From Candidatus Micrarchaeota archaeon (GTDB lineage: Archaea; Micrarchaeota; Micrarchaeia; Burarchaeales; JBFMAP01): 61,713 bases of DNA. The notes beneath the pieces are model-generated. The model saw only the letters and a program-made list of their open reading frames with translations, ran no database searches and was not told the DNA's origin. Numbering within the stretch: position 1 is the first letter of the stretch; each line of letters starts with the position of its first letter. Position numbers and translations under genes: made by a program. The stretch spans positions 1-61,713 of the forward strand of contig CAZWEI010000002.1 in the NCBI GenBank assembly GCA_964632135.1, given 5' to 3'. This document shows positions 25,513 to 33,632 of the stretch, one piece after another.

Positions 25513-26676
25513 ATGGGAGTTCAGTTGGAGTACATACCCGAGGAAAAAAAGGTCATAGTTTCACAACCAGAGTCAGTAAGTTCTCTGGAGAAGGGCTGCT
25601 ACGGCACGATGCATAAGGGCGTGATAACTCTTTTTCCAGAGGAAGCCCTTTACTTGATAGACATACGAAACGGCAGATGCTACGACACGCACGGGAACGA
25701 ACTGAAATTCAACGACCTCGCTGAAAAATTTCCCATTCCAAAACTTATGGCGCGCTATTTCACCTATAAAGATTGGCGCGACAGGGGGCTCGTTCTCAGG
25801 CCGATTTCAGAGGCAGAGGGAAAATACGGCAGAAGTCCGGCGAAAAAATATCCCTCGGGAAAATTCAACGCGCCCAGATACAGCATTCTCGGACTGTTCT
25901 TCCCAGAGGATTTGGTGACTGTCATTGATGACGACGTAGTGGGAAAAGAAATTTACGAGACCTATTGGCTTGGACAGTTCGGTAGTTACAAGGCAGAGCA
26001 GCGCGGGAGGCTCAGCAAGCTCGACGTGTATGAAACGCTTTTCATGATGAAGCACTGCGGGCTCGCGCTCAAGAATGCGAACGAGAGCGAGGTAATAAAG
26101 CTCGCGACAAAGCGCAGGCCGGATTTCAGGAGCATGTACAGCGTTTATGAAGATTGGAGGCTCCGCGGCTTCATTCTGAAAACCGGTTTCAAGTTCGGCA
26201 CCCACTTCCGCCTCTATTTCCCGAAGGCATCGCCGACGCGCGACGTCGATAAATGGATTCATTCAAAACACGTGATACACGTTTTCCCAAGGAGGAGCAA
26301 ACTCCTCATCTCCGAATGGGCGCGCGCAATCCGCGTAGCGCACAGCGTGAAGAAGACGTTCATACTCGCGATTCCGGGCACGACCAGCAAGAAGAAACCA
26401 GTAGAACTAGATTTTCTCCTCTACCACCGCAAGCCCGGGGGCATCGAAACCCCTAAAGAGGGAAAGCCGCGATTCCTGATGTTCTCGCTCAGCGAGGAGG
26501 AATACATCGGGGGCGCAGAACTCGCGGACGCGATAGAGGAGACGAAGAAAATTGGGCTCGAGTTGATGCTTGCGATCAGCGATAGGGAGACGAGCGTCAC
26601 ATACTACCGCGTGCGCAGGTTGGAACTCCCGGGAAGCAAGTACGAATATTACGAGATTGAGTGGGAGCAGCCATAG
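25513..26676 (+). CDS. endA: tRNA-splicing endonuclease, long single-chain multi-unit form
   Basis: ORF trimmed to ATG 25513 (387 aa). The catalytic unit is YEDWRLRGFILKTGFKFGTHFRLY...HSKHVIHVF...RVAHSVKKTFILA. It is preceded by a degenerate unit (YFTYKDWRDRGLVLRP) and followed by ~95 extra residues. Confidence 0.85.
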   Translation: MGVQLEYIPEEKKVIVSQPESVSSLEKGCYGTMHKGVITLFPEEALYLIDIRNGRCYDTHGNELKFNDLAEKFPIPKLMARYFTYKDWRDRGLVLRPISEAEGKYGRSPAKKYPSGKFNAPRYSILGLFFPEDLVTVIDDDVVGKEIYETYWLGQFGSYKAEQRGRLSKLDVYETLFMMKHCGLALKNANESEVIKLATKRRPDFRSMYSVYEDWRLRGFILKTGFKFGTHFRLYFPKASPTRDVDKWIHSKHVIHVFPRRSKLLISEWARAIRVAHSVKKTFILAIPGTTSKKKPVELDFLLYHRKPGGIETPKEGKPRFLMFSLSEEEYIGGAELADAIEETKKIGLELMLAISDRETSVTYYRVRRLELPGSKYEYYEIEWEQP

Positions 26677-26711
26677 CGCGCGGCGCGCGAAACGTATATA
26701 AACCAGAATAC

Positions 26712-26744
26712 GCATAACGTAATACTAATTCTAGAGGTGTTTCC
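26712..26744 (+). promoter_or_regulatory. Shared promoter/5'UTR module
   Basis: gcataacgtaatactaattctagaggtgtttcc precedes ATG 26745. Confidence 0.45.
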
Positions 26745-27797
26745 ATGGATAATGAAATGGACCAAATCCTTCTCGTGTCCCCAGACCAGCGCCGGTTCAA
26801 GCCACTTAACGAGGCACTGCAAACGGCGAAACACACCACCCCCGACATCGGCTATACGAACATACTCACGGCGACTTCTGCGTCTGCGGCGCTGGAACTA
26901 CTCAAAGACAACAAAGATATTGGCGTTGTCGTCGCAGCCGCCCTCACCGTTTCAGAGGCAGCATTCCTGTTTTCCAAAATCAAGGAGCAAAGTCCGCAGA
27001 CACAGATAATGATGGCGATTCCAGAATCAGGAGAAGACACAAAATCATTAGGGCCCTTCAGACCAGATTTTTTTAGCTATAAAGACCTTCACAAAGAGCC
27101 AGCGGCAGTTGTATACCGGATAGAAACCGCGCTTCTAATTGCAAACATAGGCGGAAAATCCAGCGTCCTGTTTATATTCGACCCATGCAGCGCGTTTGTT
27201 TTTTATACCCGGCATAGAGACGACAGCAGAACCCTATGCGAAAAGATAGGAATGAAACACGAGATTGACCCAATCCTAGACAACGTATCCCTACATGCTG
27301 CGGGAAGCACCCAAGACCGCCTTATATCAAGCGCCCAAGCCTGTAGCGACAAGTCCCTTCGCGCCGCTGTTGTTGACCTTTGGTCGCCTGACGATGTTTT
27401 TACTGTGGTTACCGCCATCCGCGACATTGACCCAAGGCTTCCAATAGCCGTGGTATTCCCTGAAAACCCAGACAAATCCGTGAAGGAGGGGTTTTCAATA
27501 CTAAAGGAATATGCCGCGCAATACGGTCTAACTATCGTTCGTAACGGCGACCACCTGTTTGCGAATCTTAACGACTTTTTAAATGGACGACCGGTGAAAG
27601 AAGATGCAGAAACTACTACACCAAATAAACTTAAAACTGACACTGAGGACGTGTTGTCAATACCTCTCCATTTAGCCCAGAAGAAAAAGCTAAACCCCAA
27701 CGACTTCCAAAAAGAAATCGCCAACAGAAAACCCGTGTACCTACTACTACGAGACCTTATCCCCGAAAAATTACGCAACAGAGTGTGGAAAACCTAG
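26745..27797 (+). CDS. Protein with two tandem receiver-like domains
   Basis: 350 aa. Domain 1 is QILLVSPDQ...GVVVAAALTVSEA (no Asp). Domain 2 is SVLFIFDP...AAVVDLWSPDD...IAVVFPEN. Confidence 0.55.
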   Translation: MDNEMDQILLVSPDQRRFKPLNEALQTAKHTTPDIGYTNILTATSASAALELLKDNKDIGVVVAAALTVSEAAFLFSKIKEQSPQTQIMMAIPESGEDTKSLGPFRPDFFSYKDLHKEPAAVVYRIETALLIANIGGKSSVLFIFDPCSAFVFYTRHRDDSRTLCEKIGMKHEIDPILDNVSLHAAGSTQDRLISSAQACSDKSLRAAVVDLWSPDDVFTVVTAIRDIDPRLPIAVVFPENPDKSVKEGFSILKEYAAQYGLTIVRNGDHLFANLNDFLNGRPVKEDAETTTPNKLKTDTEDVLSIPLHLAQKKKLNPNDFQKEIANRKPVYLLLRDLIPEKLRNRVWKT

Positions 27798-27821
27798 CAC
27801 CTCGCGGCGGCAAGTGATTTT

Positions 27822-28382
27822 ATGAGCGGTAAAATACTCGTGGTTGGCGGAGAAGGAAGCGAAATCCGCCCTGCTGTTGCTGAGCAGTTGCGAAAGAACG
27901 GACATGGCGTGCACGAGGCAATGTCGGCAGGCGACGGGTTCAATATATTTTTTATTGAAATGAACAACAAAGAACCGTTTAGCCTAGTAATAATATCAAA
28001 TCTAGATTTCTGGAACCTAGCTTTCGAAATCGTGAAAGCACGCAAAGTACCGAACGTCAAAATACTGGCGATAACCGAGCGCGGGATAATAAACGGCGAA
28101 CTGGAGCGTAAATTGGAATCCTACGCAAGGAAGAACGGCGTAACCGCATTTTTTCCAAAAATCAATTTATACAAGGATGGAAAATTAGAAGCGGTTGTAA
28201 CCAATTTGTTGAACAACCAACACACACAGAAAAAAAAGAAAAAGAACAAAAGAGGATATGTGTTACCTCTTTCTTCCGCTCCACCTCTATCAGACACGAT
28301 GTCACCTCGAGGATATTGGGCGCGGTATGAACTTCCTAAATGCTTATACCACAACAAACCGCAAACGCGCTTGCCCGCCTAA
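27822..28382 (+). CDS. Pseudo-receiver protein (GG-type)
   Basis: KILVVGGEGSE replaces the acidic pocket and LVIISNLDF replaces the phospho-acceptor. ILAITERG (Thr) and FFPKINL (Lys) are retained. Confidence 0.55.
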   Translation: MSGKILVVGGEGSEIRPAVAEQLRKNGHGVHEAMSAGDGFNIFFIEMNNKEPFSLVIISNLDFWNLAFEIVKARKVPNVKILAITERGIINGELERKLESYARKNGVTAFFPKINLYKDGKLEAVVTNLLNNQHTQKKKKKNKRGYVLPLSSAPPLSDTMSPRGYWARYELPKCLYHNKPQTRLPA

Positions 28383-28504
28383 ATAAACTTTAGAAGCGCC
28401 GCAACCGACTCAACAACCATTTTCGGCTCTTCCTTTCCGCGCGCCTTTTCCGCGTCTTCTTTTTTCGTTACTCCTGTGAGAACGAGGACGCCGCGTGTGC
28501 GGAA
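28379..28504 (-). pseudogene. Relic 3' fragment of a HAD-IIA phosphatase gene (duplicate of the 3' end of 29168..29998)
   Basis: The minus-strand translation FRTRGVLVLTGVTKKEDAEKARGKEEPKMVVESVAALLKFI* aligns with FGALSVLVLTGVAKKEDVKKLRGKEKPKLVVDSVASLLKLV of the intact gene. DNA identity is ~75% by eye. There is no start codon and no N-terminal part. Confidence 0.7.
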
Positions 28505-28523
28505 TTAATATAAGCCCGCGTAT

Positions 28524-28556
28524 GCATAATATTCTACTTATTCTAGGGTGTGATTT
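28524..28556 (+). promoter_or_regulatory. Shared promoter/5'UTR module
   Basis: gcataatattctacttattctagggtgtgattt precedes ATG 28557. Confidence 0.45.
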
Positions 28557-29171
28557 ATGGATTTAGAGAAGCGCCAGAAATATAGCGTGCTTGTTTTTGG
28601 CGGGTCAAACGAAGACCAGGACTATCTAGTAAAACCAATACGAGACGCAATAGAGAAAATGGGCGGGTCGATACTGAAATTAAGCATCCCCAGCGTGCCT
28701 CACTTCTGTGAAGCACTCTTTCACGTTAACGATACAAAAGACGAAGGGAACCTTATTCTCGCTATCGCGATTATGCCGCGGGAAGCCACCAAACTCTCTT
28801 CCGCGATGGAATATCTTCTCGCGATTTTAAATTCAGACCCAACTCTTCCTATGTTGATGTTGAGTTATGAGGGTAGTATGCACCGGGCGGGCTTAGATAC
28901 ATTGGAGAGAATTGGCGTCAAATTTCTTGATAGAACGTCTATATCTTCAGGATCCGGAAGAGTCAAGATTAAAGAAGCAATTGAAGAATTATTGACCAAG
29001 GCGCCAGAAACACGAACTCGCGCGTCTGGACTCGACACCGACGAATCTCTACCCGGGCATTCTTTTTGGCACCCTGGGCAAAAGTTCTCCATGTTTCTTC
29101 CTTTCTCCGTTGAACGCGCAATGCAACGCGCGCAACGCAACAAACGCGGCAACCCCCTGTGGCGCGTCTAG
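28557..29171 (+). CDS. Pseudo-receiver protein (GG-type)
   Basis: SVLVFGGSNEDQD, LILAIAIMPRE (no Asp) and LMLSYEG. Its architecture parallels 27822..28382. Confidence 0.5.
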   Translation: MDLEKRQKYSVLVFGGSNEDQDYLVKPIRDAIEKMGGSILKLSIPSVPHFCEALFHVNDTKDEGNLILAIAIMPREATKLSSAMEYLLAILNSDPTLPMLMLSYEGSMHRAGLDTLERIGVKFLDRTSISSGSGRVKIKEAIEELLTKAPETRTRASGLDTDESLPGHSFWHPGQKFSMFLPFSVERAMQRAQRNKRGNPLWRV

Positions 29172-29998
29172 CAACGTCGAATGGCCGTGCCGTCAACAAG
29201 TTTCAACAGAGAAGCGACAGAATCCACAACCAACTTCGGCTTCTCCTTCCCGCGCAGTTTTTTCACGTCTTCCTTTTTCGCGACTCCCGTGAGCACGAGA
29301 ACGCTGAGCGCGCCGAATTTGTTCGCGGCAACGATGTCGCTTTCTGCTCTATCACCAACGCAAACAATCTCCTTTGGTTTCACGCGTGCCTCCCTTGCAA
29401 TCCTCTCTAGCAAAAACGTGTTCGGCTTTCCGATAACTATTTCAGGCGATTTCTTCGCGCAGGCTTTCAGCGCGCCCACCATCGCGCCCGCGCCGGGGTA
29501 GAACCCCTCCTCGAGAGGAATGGTCGCGTCCTCATTCGTTGCGATGAAGCGCGCGCCGTTCTGGAGCGCGGCCAGCGCGATGCGCAACTTCTCGTAATCG
29601 AACTCGCGGTCAAGGCCGACGACGACAAAATCAACGCGCTCGCCCTCCCTGCCGCCCATAATCTCAAACCCCGCCATCCCCAACTCGTTCTTCAGCCCTT
29701 CCTCCCCAATAATGAACACCCGCCCCTTCCCGTACCGCTCCTTCAAATAAACCGCCGCGCCGTACGCCGACGTAAATACCTCTTCTGCGCGCGCCTCAAT
29801 CCCGAGAGAGTTGAGTTTTTCCGCGTATTGCTGGCGCGTGCGCGTGGCGTTGTTCGTGAGGAAGTAGACTTTCTTGTTTTTAGCGCGGAGGATGCGTACG
29901 AGTTCGCCGGTGCCCGGAATTGTGCGCGAGCCGACGTACAGCACGCCATCAAGGTCGAAAACGAAAACCCTGTATTTTGAGAGTGCGCGCGCTTTCAT
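29168..29998 (-). CDS. HAD-superfamily subfamily IIA phosphatase (NagD-like)
   Basis: ORF trimmed to ATG 29998. It has motif I FVFDLDGVLY, motif II FLTNN, and motif III/IV KP...VGDRAESDI. Confidence 0.85.
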   Translation of the reverse strand: MKARALSKYRVFVFDLDGVLYVGSRTIPGTGELVRILRAKNKKVYFLTNNATRTRQQYAEKLNSLGIEARAEEVFTSAYGAAVYLKERYGKGRVFIIGEEGLKNELGMAGFEIMGGREGERVDFVVVGLDREFDYEKLRIALAALQNGARFIATNEDATIPLEEGFYPGAGAMVGALKACAKKSPEIVIGKPNTFLLERIAREARVKPKEIVCVGDRAESDIVAANKFGALSVLVLTGVAKKEDVKKLRGKEKPKLVVDSVASLLKLVDGTAIRRC

Positions 29999-30081
29999 GT
30001 GTAATTCGAGCGTGCGAAAACTATTTAAATATCCCCGAACCAATCCCTATCGCGCGTAGCGCTAATTGGAGGGTGATACTT

Positions 30082-30339
30082 GTGGGCAAATTCGTCATTG
30101 CGAAACAACTGGCAGGCAAGAAACTGATTACGAACGACGGAGAGGAGATTGGAAAACTCGTTGACTTGACAATAAACGAGGTCACGGGCAAGATTGACAC
30201 GCTCGTCATAGAACCGAATATGGACAACCCGACAGCGAGAAGGCTGAAGAAGGAGGACGGGAACATAATGATTCCATACAACTCCGTGCTTGCCGTGTCC
30301 GACCACGTGATCGTGGACAAGAAGGGCCTCGGGGCCTAA
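30082..30339 (+). CDS. PRC-barrel domain protein
   Basis: GTG 30082 follows GGAGGGTGA. GKKLITNDGEEIGKLVDLTINEVTGKIDTLVIEP...SVLAVSDHVIV is PRC-barrel-like. Confidence 0.65.
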   Translation: MGKFVIAKQLAGKKLITNDGEEIGKLVDLTINEVTGKIDTLVIEPNMDNPTARRLKKEDGNIMIPYNSVLAVSDHVIVDKKGLGA

Positions 30340-30378
30340 TAACTTTATTTTTCTTTCCTTCTATTTCTACACGATATT

Positions 30379-31023
30379 ATGATTATAGCAGGCGCAGATG
30401 AGGCCGGGCGGGGCTGCGTGCTCGGCCCGCTCGTGATTTGCCTCGCGTGCATCGAAGAGGACAATGAGACGGAGTTAAGGAAAATCGGCGCAAAGGACTC
30501 GAAACTCCTCGCACCGAAACAGCGCGAACGAATTGCGAAATCAATCAGAAAACTCTGCAGCCTGCAGACAATCCACATCACTGCGCGCGAACTCAACGAG
30601 GAGATGAAAACGCTCAGTTTGAACGAGATTGAGGCGATGAGGATAGGACGCGCGCTCAATAACGCGGGCGAGGTCGCGGCGGTTTATGTCGATTCTCCTG
30701 ACACCGCAGCGGATAGATTCGACAAGCGCATAAGAAAATACTACGCAGGAGGCGCGCGCATCATCAGCGAGCACAAAGCGGATTACAAATACGCGATCGT
30801 CTCAGCCGCTTCGATAATCGCGAAAGTGGAGAGGGACGCCGAAATCGAGCGGATAAAAAAGGAACTCGACCACGACTTCAACAGCGGCTACACATCGGAT
30901 GAAGCAACCATAGAATTTCTCAAAAACAATCTTTACAGAAAAGACGTTCAGAAATATCTGCGCGTGGAATGGGCGACGGTCGCGCGCCTCGCGCAGAAAA
31001 AGATAACTGATTTTGAATTCTAA
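30379..31023 (+). CDS. rnhB: Ribonuclease HII
   Basis: IIAGADEAGRGCVLGPLVI, DSKLL, VDSPD, KAD..YAIVSAASIIAKV.RD and GYTSD. Confidence 0.9.
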   Translation: MIIAGADEAGRGCVLGPLVICLACIEEDNETELRKIGAKDSKLLAPKQRERIAKSIRKLCSLQTIHITARELNEEMKTLSLNEIEAMRIGRALNNAGEVAAVYVDSPDTAADRFDKRIRKYYAGGARIISEHKADYKYAIVSAASIIAKVERDAEIERIKKELDHDFNSGYTSDEATIEFLKNNLYRKDVQKYLRVEWATVARLAQKKITDFEF

Positions 31024-32357
31024 CCCCCCACGAGTTCGCTCGCGCGCCTTAGGAATTCGTCGAGTTTATCTTTTTTTATCGTTGCGCCTGCCGCTATCGC
31101 GTGCCCTCCGCCCTCGCCGATTCCTGCGGTCGCCTCGCGCAGGAGCGCGCCCAAATTCAACCCCTCCTTCACGAGTCTTTTTGTTGCGCGCGTGGAAATC
31201 TTTATCTGCCCATTTTCGTCAAGCGCGGCAGCAAAGACAGGTTTGTCCATCCTGATATTCCCATACAGCATGCCCGCGACAACGCCGATTATCCCGTCGT
31301 CAATAACCCCCCTTCCATCTAGAAAATAGAACTTCCCGAAATCCTCCACGTTCGCGAGCGCGAACTTTATCCCCTCGCGGAGCGCGCTCCTGTGCAGTTG
31401 AAGCAGTTTCTTCGCCTCCTCAAAAGCCCCGTCGTCGCCCATGCAAACGCCGATTCCAACCTCTGGTTTGTCGTGCCTTCCGCACGCGTTCAGGAGAGTC
31501 GCGAACTCGCTCGCGTCGCTCAACTCAGTTCTTTCAGGCTGCTTTAGCAGAAGATAGACTTCGCCCACAAGTTCGCGCGCAGCCATGCCCGCGCCGCGCG
31601 AATAGAGGTAATCAACAAGCCCGTTCACGAACCTTTTCTTTTCCTCTTTGCTCAAATCATAGTACGCACGCCACCTTTCGTTTTCCTTCAGTTCGATTTT
31701 CAACTCTCCCAAAAACGCGGCGCACGCCTCCTCATTCCCCGTGAGGCCTGGAAGAAAAGGTTCGGTGGCAAACGTCAAAAACTGGACGAGCGGGCGCGTT
31801 ATTCTCCCGAATAATTTTATATCCACCGCGCTTTTCACGCGTCCCGCCTTCTCGCCGTCATACAATATCTCGCGGTTCGCGCCTTGCAGCGGAGCCTGCA
31901 TGTCCCCGACCGCGCCCACGACCGCCAAATCAACACTTCCTTCATCCAACTCGCGAAAGACGAAATACGCCGTCCCGGACGCGCTCAACTCAGTTCCCCC
32001 GTCGATTCCGAAAATGTGCGGGTTCGCCTGAAGAACCGCGCCCTCGCGCGCCCCCTCTCTCGTTTGGTGATGGTCGATTATCACGCAATCGGCGCCGAGT
32101 TTTTCAATCTCTTCCGCGCGCGCGGCTCCAAAATCGACGAAAATAACCTCCCTCTCGTTCGCGAGCGATTCAATCTCGCGCTCCGAGAGTTTGCGCAGCG
32201 TTGTTATCGCGTATTTTTTGTCCATTTTCCTGAGGGCGCGCGCAACAACCGAAGTGCTCGCGAGCCCGTCGCAGTCGTAATGCCCGACTATGCGGGGCGC
32301 GCGCATCCTCTCAACACGCGCCCTCACCTCCTCACACCTCTTCAGGAACTTTTTCAT
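31020..32357 (-). CDS. DHH-family phosphoesterase, archaeal RecJ/GAN-like
   Basis: HYDCDGLAS, VFVDFG, IIDHHQ, GVVGDMQ, and a DHHA1-type GGGHAIAAGA near the C-terminus. Confidence 0.85.
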   Translation of the reverse strand: MKKFLKRCEEVRARVERMRAPRIVGHYDCDGLASTSVVARALRKMDKKYAITTLRKLSEREIESLANEREVIFVDFGAARAEEIEKLGADCVIIDHHQTREGAREGAVLQANPHIFGIDGGTELSASGTAYFVFRELDEGSVDLAVVGAVGDMQAPLQGANREILYDGEKAGRVKSAVDIKLFGRITRPLVQFLTFATEPFLPGLTGNEEACAAFLGELKIELKENERWRAYYDLSKEEKKRFVNGLVDYLYSRGAGMAARELVGEVYLLLKQPERTELSDASEFATLLNACGRHDKPEVGIGVCMGDDGAFEEAKKLLQLHRSALREGIKFALANVEDFGKFYFLDGRGVIDDGIIGVVAGMLYGNIRMDKPVFAAALDENGQIKISTRATKRLVKEGLNLGALLREATAGIGEGGGHAIAAGATIKKDKLDEFLRRASELVGG

Positions 32358-32420
32358 GATTTAATTTCGGGAGGTTAGTTTTTTAATTGCGCGAGCCTAA
32401 TCGAATACGAGGTGGGGGTT

Positions 32421-32726
32421 ATGAGCGTCGTGAAGGAGTTCATGGACTTCCTGAAGAAATACCAGGTAATCGGACTGGCAGTTGCCTTCATCATAGGCGC
32501 GGCTTCAACGAAACTAGTTACTGCGCTCGTTAACGACATCGTTATGCCGCTCGTGGGTGTGCTTGTCCCGGGAGGGGACTGGCGCGCGTCAATTCTGGAA
32601 ATAGGTCCGGTAAAATTCATGATCGGCGACTTCGTCGGCGCGCTCATCGACTTCATCATAATCGCGTTCTTGGTCTTCGTCATAGTTAAACTGTTGATGA
32701 AGGAGGACGCGACGCAGAAACGTTAA
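32421..32726 (+). CDS. mscL: Large-conductance mechanosensitive channel
   Basis: EFMDFLKKYQVIGLAVAFIIGAA..KLVTALVNDIVMPLVG...FVGALIDFIIIAFLVF. The ATG follows GAGGTGGGGG. Confidence 0.9.
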   Translation: MSVVKEFMDFLKKYQVIGLAVAFIIGAASTKLVTALVNDIVMPLVGVLVPGGDWRASILEIGPVKFMIGDFVGALIDFIIIAFLVFVIVKLLMKEDATQKR

Positions 32727-32743
32727 TGCGCGCGCAGCCGAGT

Positions 32744-33142
32744 TCAGAGGAGCCGCTTCTCGCCCTCAATTTCCTTTATTTTCGTTATGTCCTGCGAGAC
32801 CTCGAGGCAGCCCAAATATTCCCCTTTTTCGTCCCTGACCGCGAAATACCTGATGTAAATCTTCCTTCCCTTATTGTCTATCCAGAATTCCGCGGCGTCC
32901 CTCTTGTTGCTTTTGAACTCGCCTAAAATCTGCTCAACTTTCGCAAGGCTTTTTGGGGGATGGCAGTTCTGCACCTTCCTTCCGATGACCGCGGCAGGCC
33001 GTGGGAATATCTCCCTCTTCTCGCCTTTGTTGAAATAGGCGACAGTGTTGCTCGCGTCAATGAAACTTATCTCCACCGGAAGAGTATCGAGTAACGGACC
33101 TAAAACGCCCTTTCCAATCCCGCCAGGCATCCGGATCACCAT
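32744..33142 (-). CDS. Stand-alone PAS domain protein (DUF438-associated type)
   Basis: LDTLPVEISFIDASNTVAYFNKGEKREIFPR..AVIGRKVQNCHPPKS...ILGEFKSNKRD..EFWI. The CHPPKS block is characteristic of this PAS subfamily. Confidence 0.7.
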   Translation of the reverse strand: MVIRMPGGIGKGVLGPLLDTLPVEISFIDASNTVAYFNKGEKREIFPRPAAVIGRKVQNCHPPKSLAKVEQILGEFKSNKRDAAEFWIDNKGRKIYIRYFAVRDEKGEYLGCLEVSQDITKIKEIEGEKRLL

Positions 33143-33201
33143 GGTTAATTTGACACCGCAAACTATTTAAACCGCGAGACGTCAATAACCTCGGTGATGC
33201 C

Positions 33202-33417
33202 ATGAGAAACCCAGCAGGGTTAATTATAGAAGTCATCTCTGTGCTGTTGTTGGTTAGCGCGGTCGCGAGCCTCGGGCCAACACTGGCAGGTCTGATAAAG
33301 ACCACGGACCAGAATGTAGTGACGCTGTTCCGCCTGATATTCCTCGGCGGCGCTGCGATTGTCGGTCTTGCGCTAGGCCTTGTTCTGCCCAAGCTCGAGG
33401 CGATGGTCGGGGAGTGA
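33202..33417 (+). CDS. Small two-TM membrane protein
   Basis: 71-aa ORF with two hydrophobic helices. Confidence 0.45.
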   Translation: MRNPAGLIIEVISVLLLVSAVASLGPTLAGLIKTTDQNVVTLFRLIFLGGAAIVGLALGLVLPKLEAMVGE

Positions 33418-33426
33418 GGTGGCCGC

Positions 33427-33606
33427 ATGAAAATAACAAAATACGTCTTGGCCTTGTGCGCAATGAGCGCGCTTTCGTTCGCCCAAGTGGCACAGCAGGC
33501 GGCACCCGCAGAGTTCACCGACGTCATGCCTTGGCTCGGTGTCGTCCAGACGATAACCATCATTCTCGCGCTCTGGATGATAGTCTATAAGATGTACCAG
33601 AAATAG
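33427..33606 (+). CDS. Small signal-peptide/C-terminal-TM protein (below the ORF-track cut-off)
   Basis: Hand translation gives MKITKYVLALCAMSALSFAQVAQQAAPAEFTDVMPWLGVVQTITIILALWMIVYKMYQK*. The ATG lies 9 nt after the upstream stop and is preceded by GGAGTGAGGTGG. Confidence 0.4.
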   Translation: MKITKYVLALCAMSALSFAQVAQQAAPAEFTDVMPWLGVVQTITIILALWMIVYKMYQK

Positions 33607-33632
33607 GCGCGCGCGTTCGTTTTCTTTTTTCT

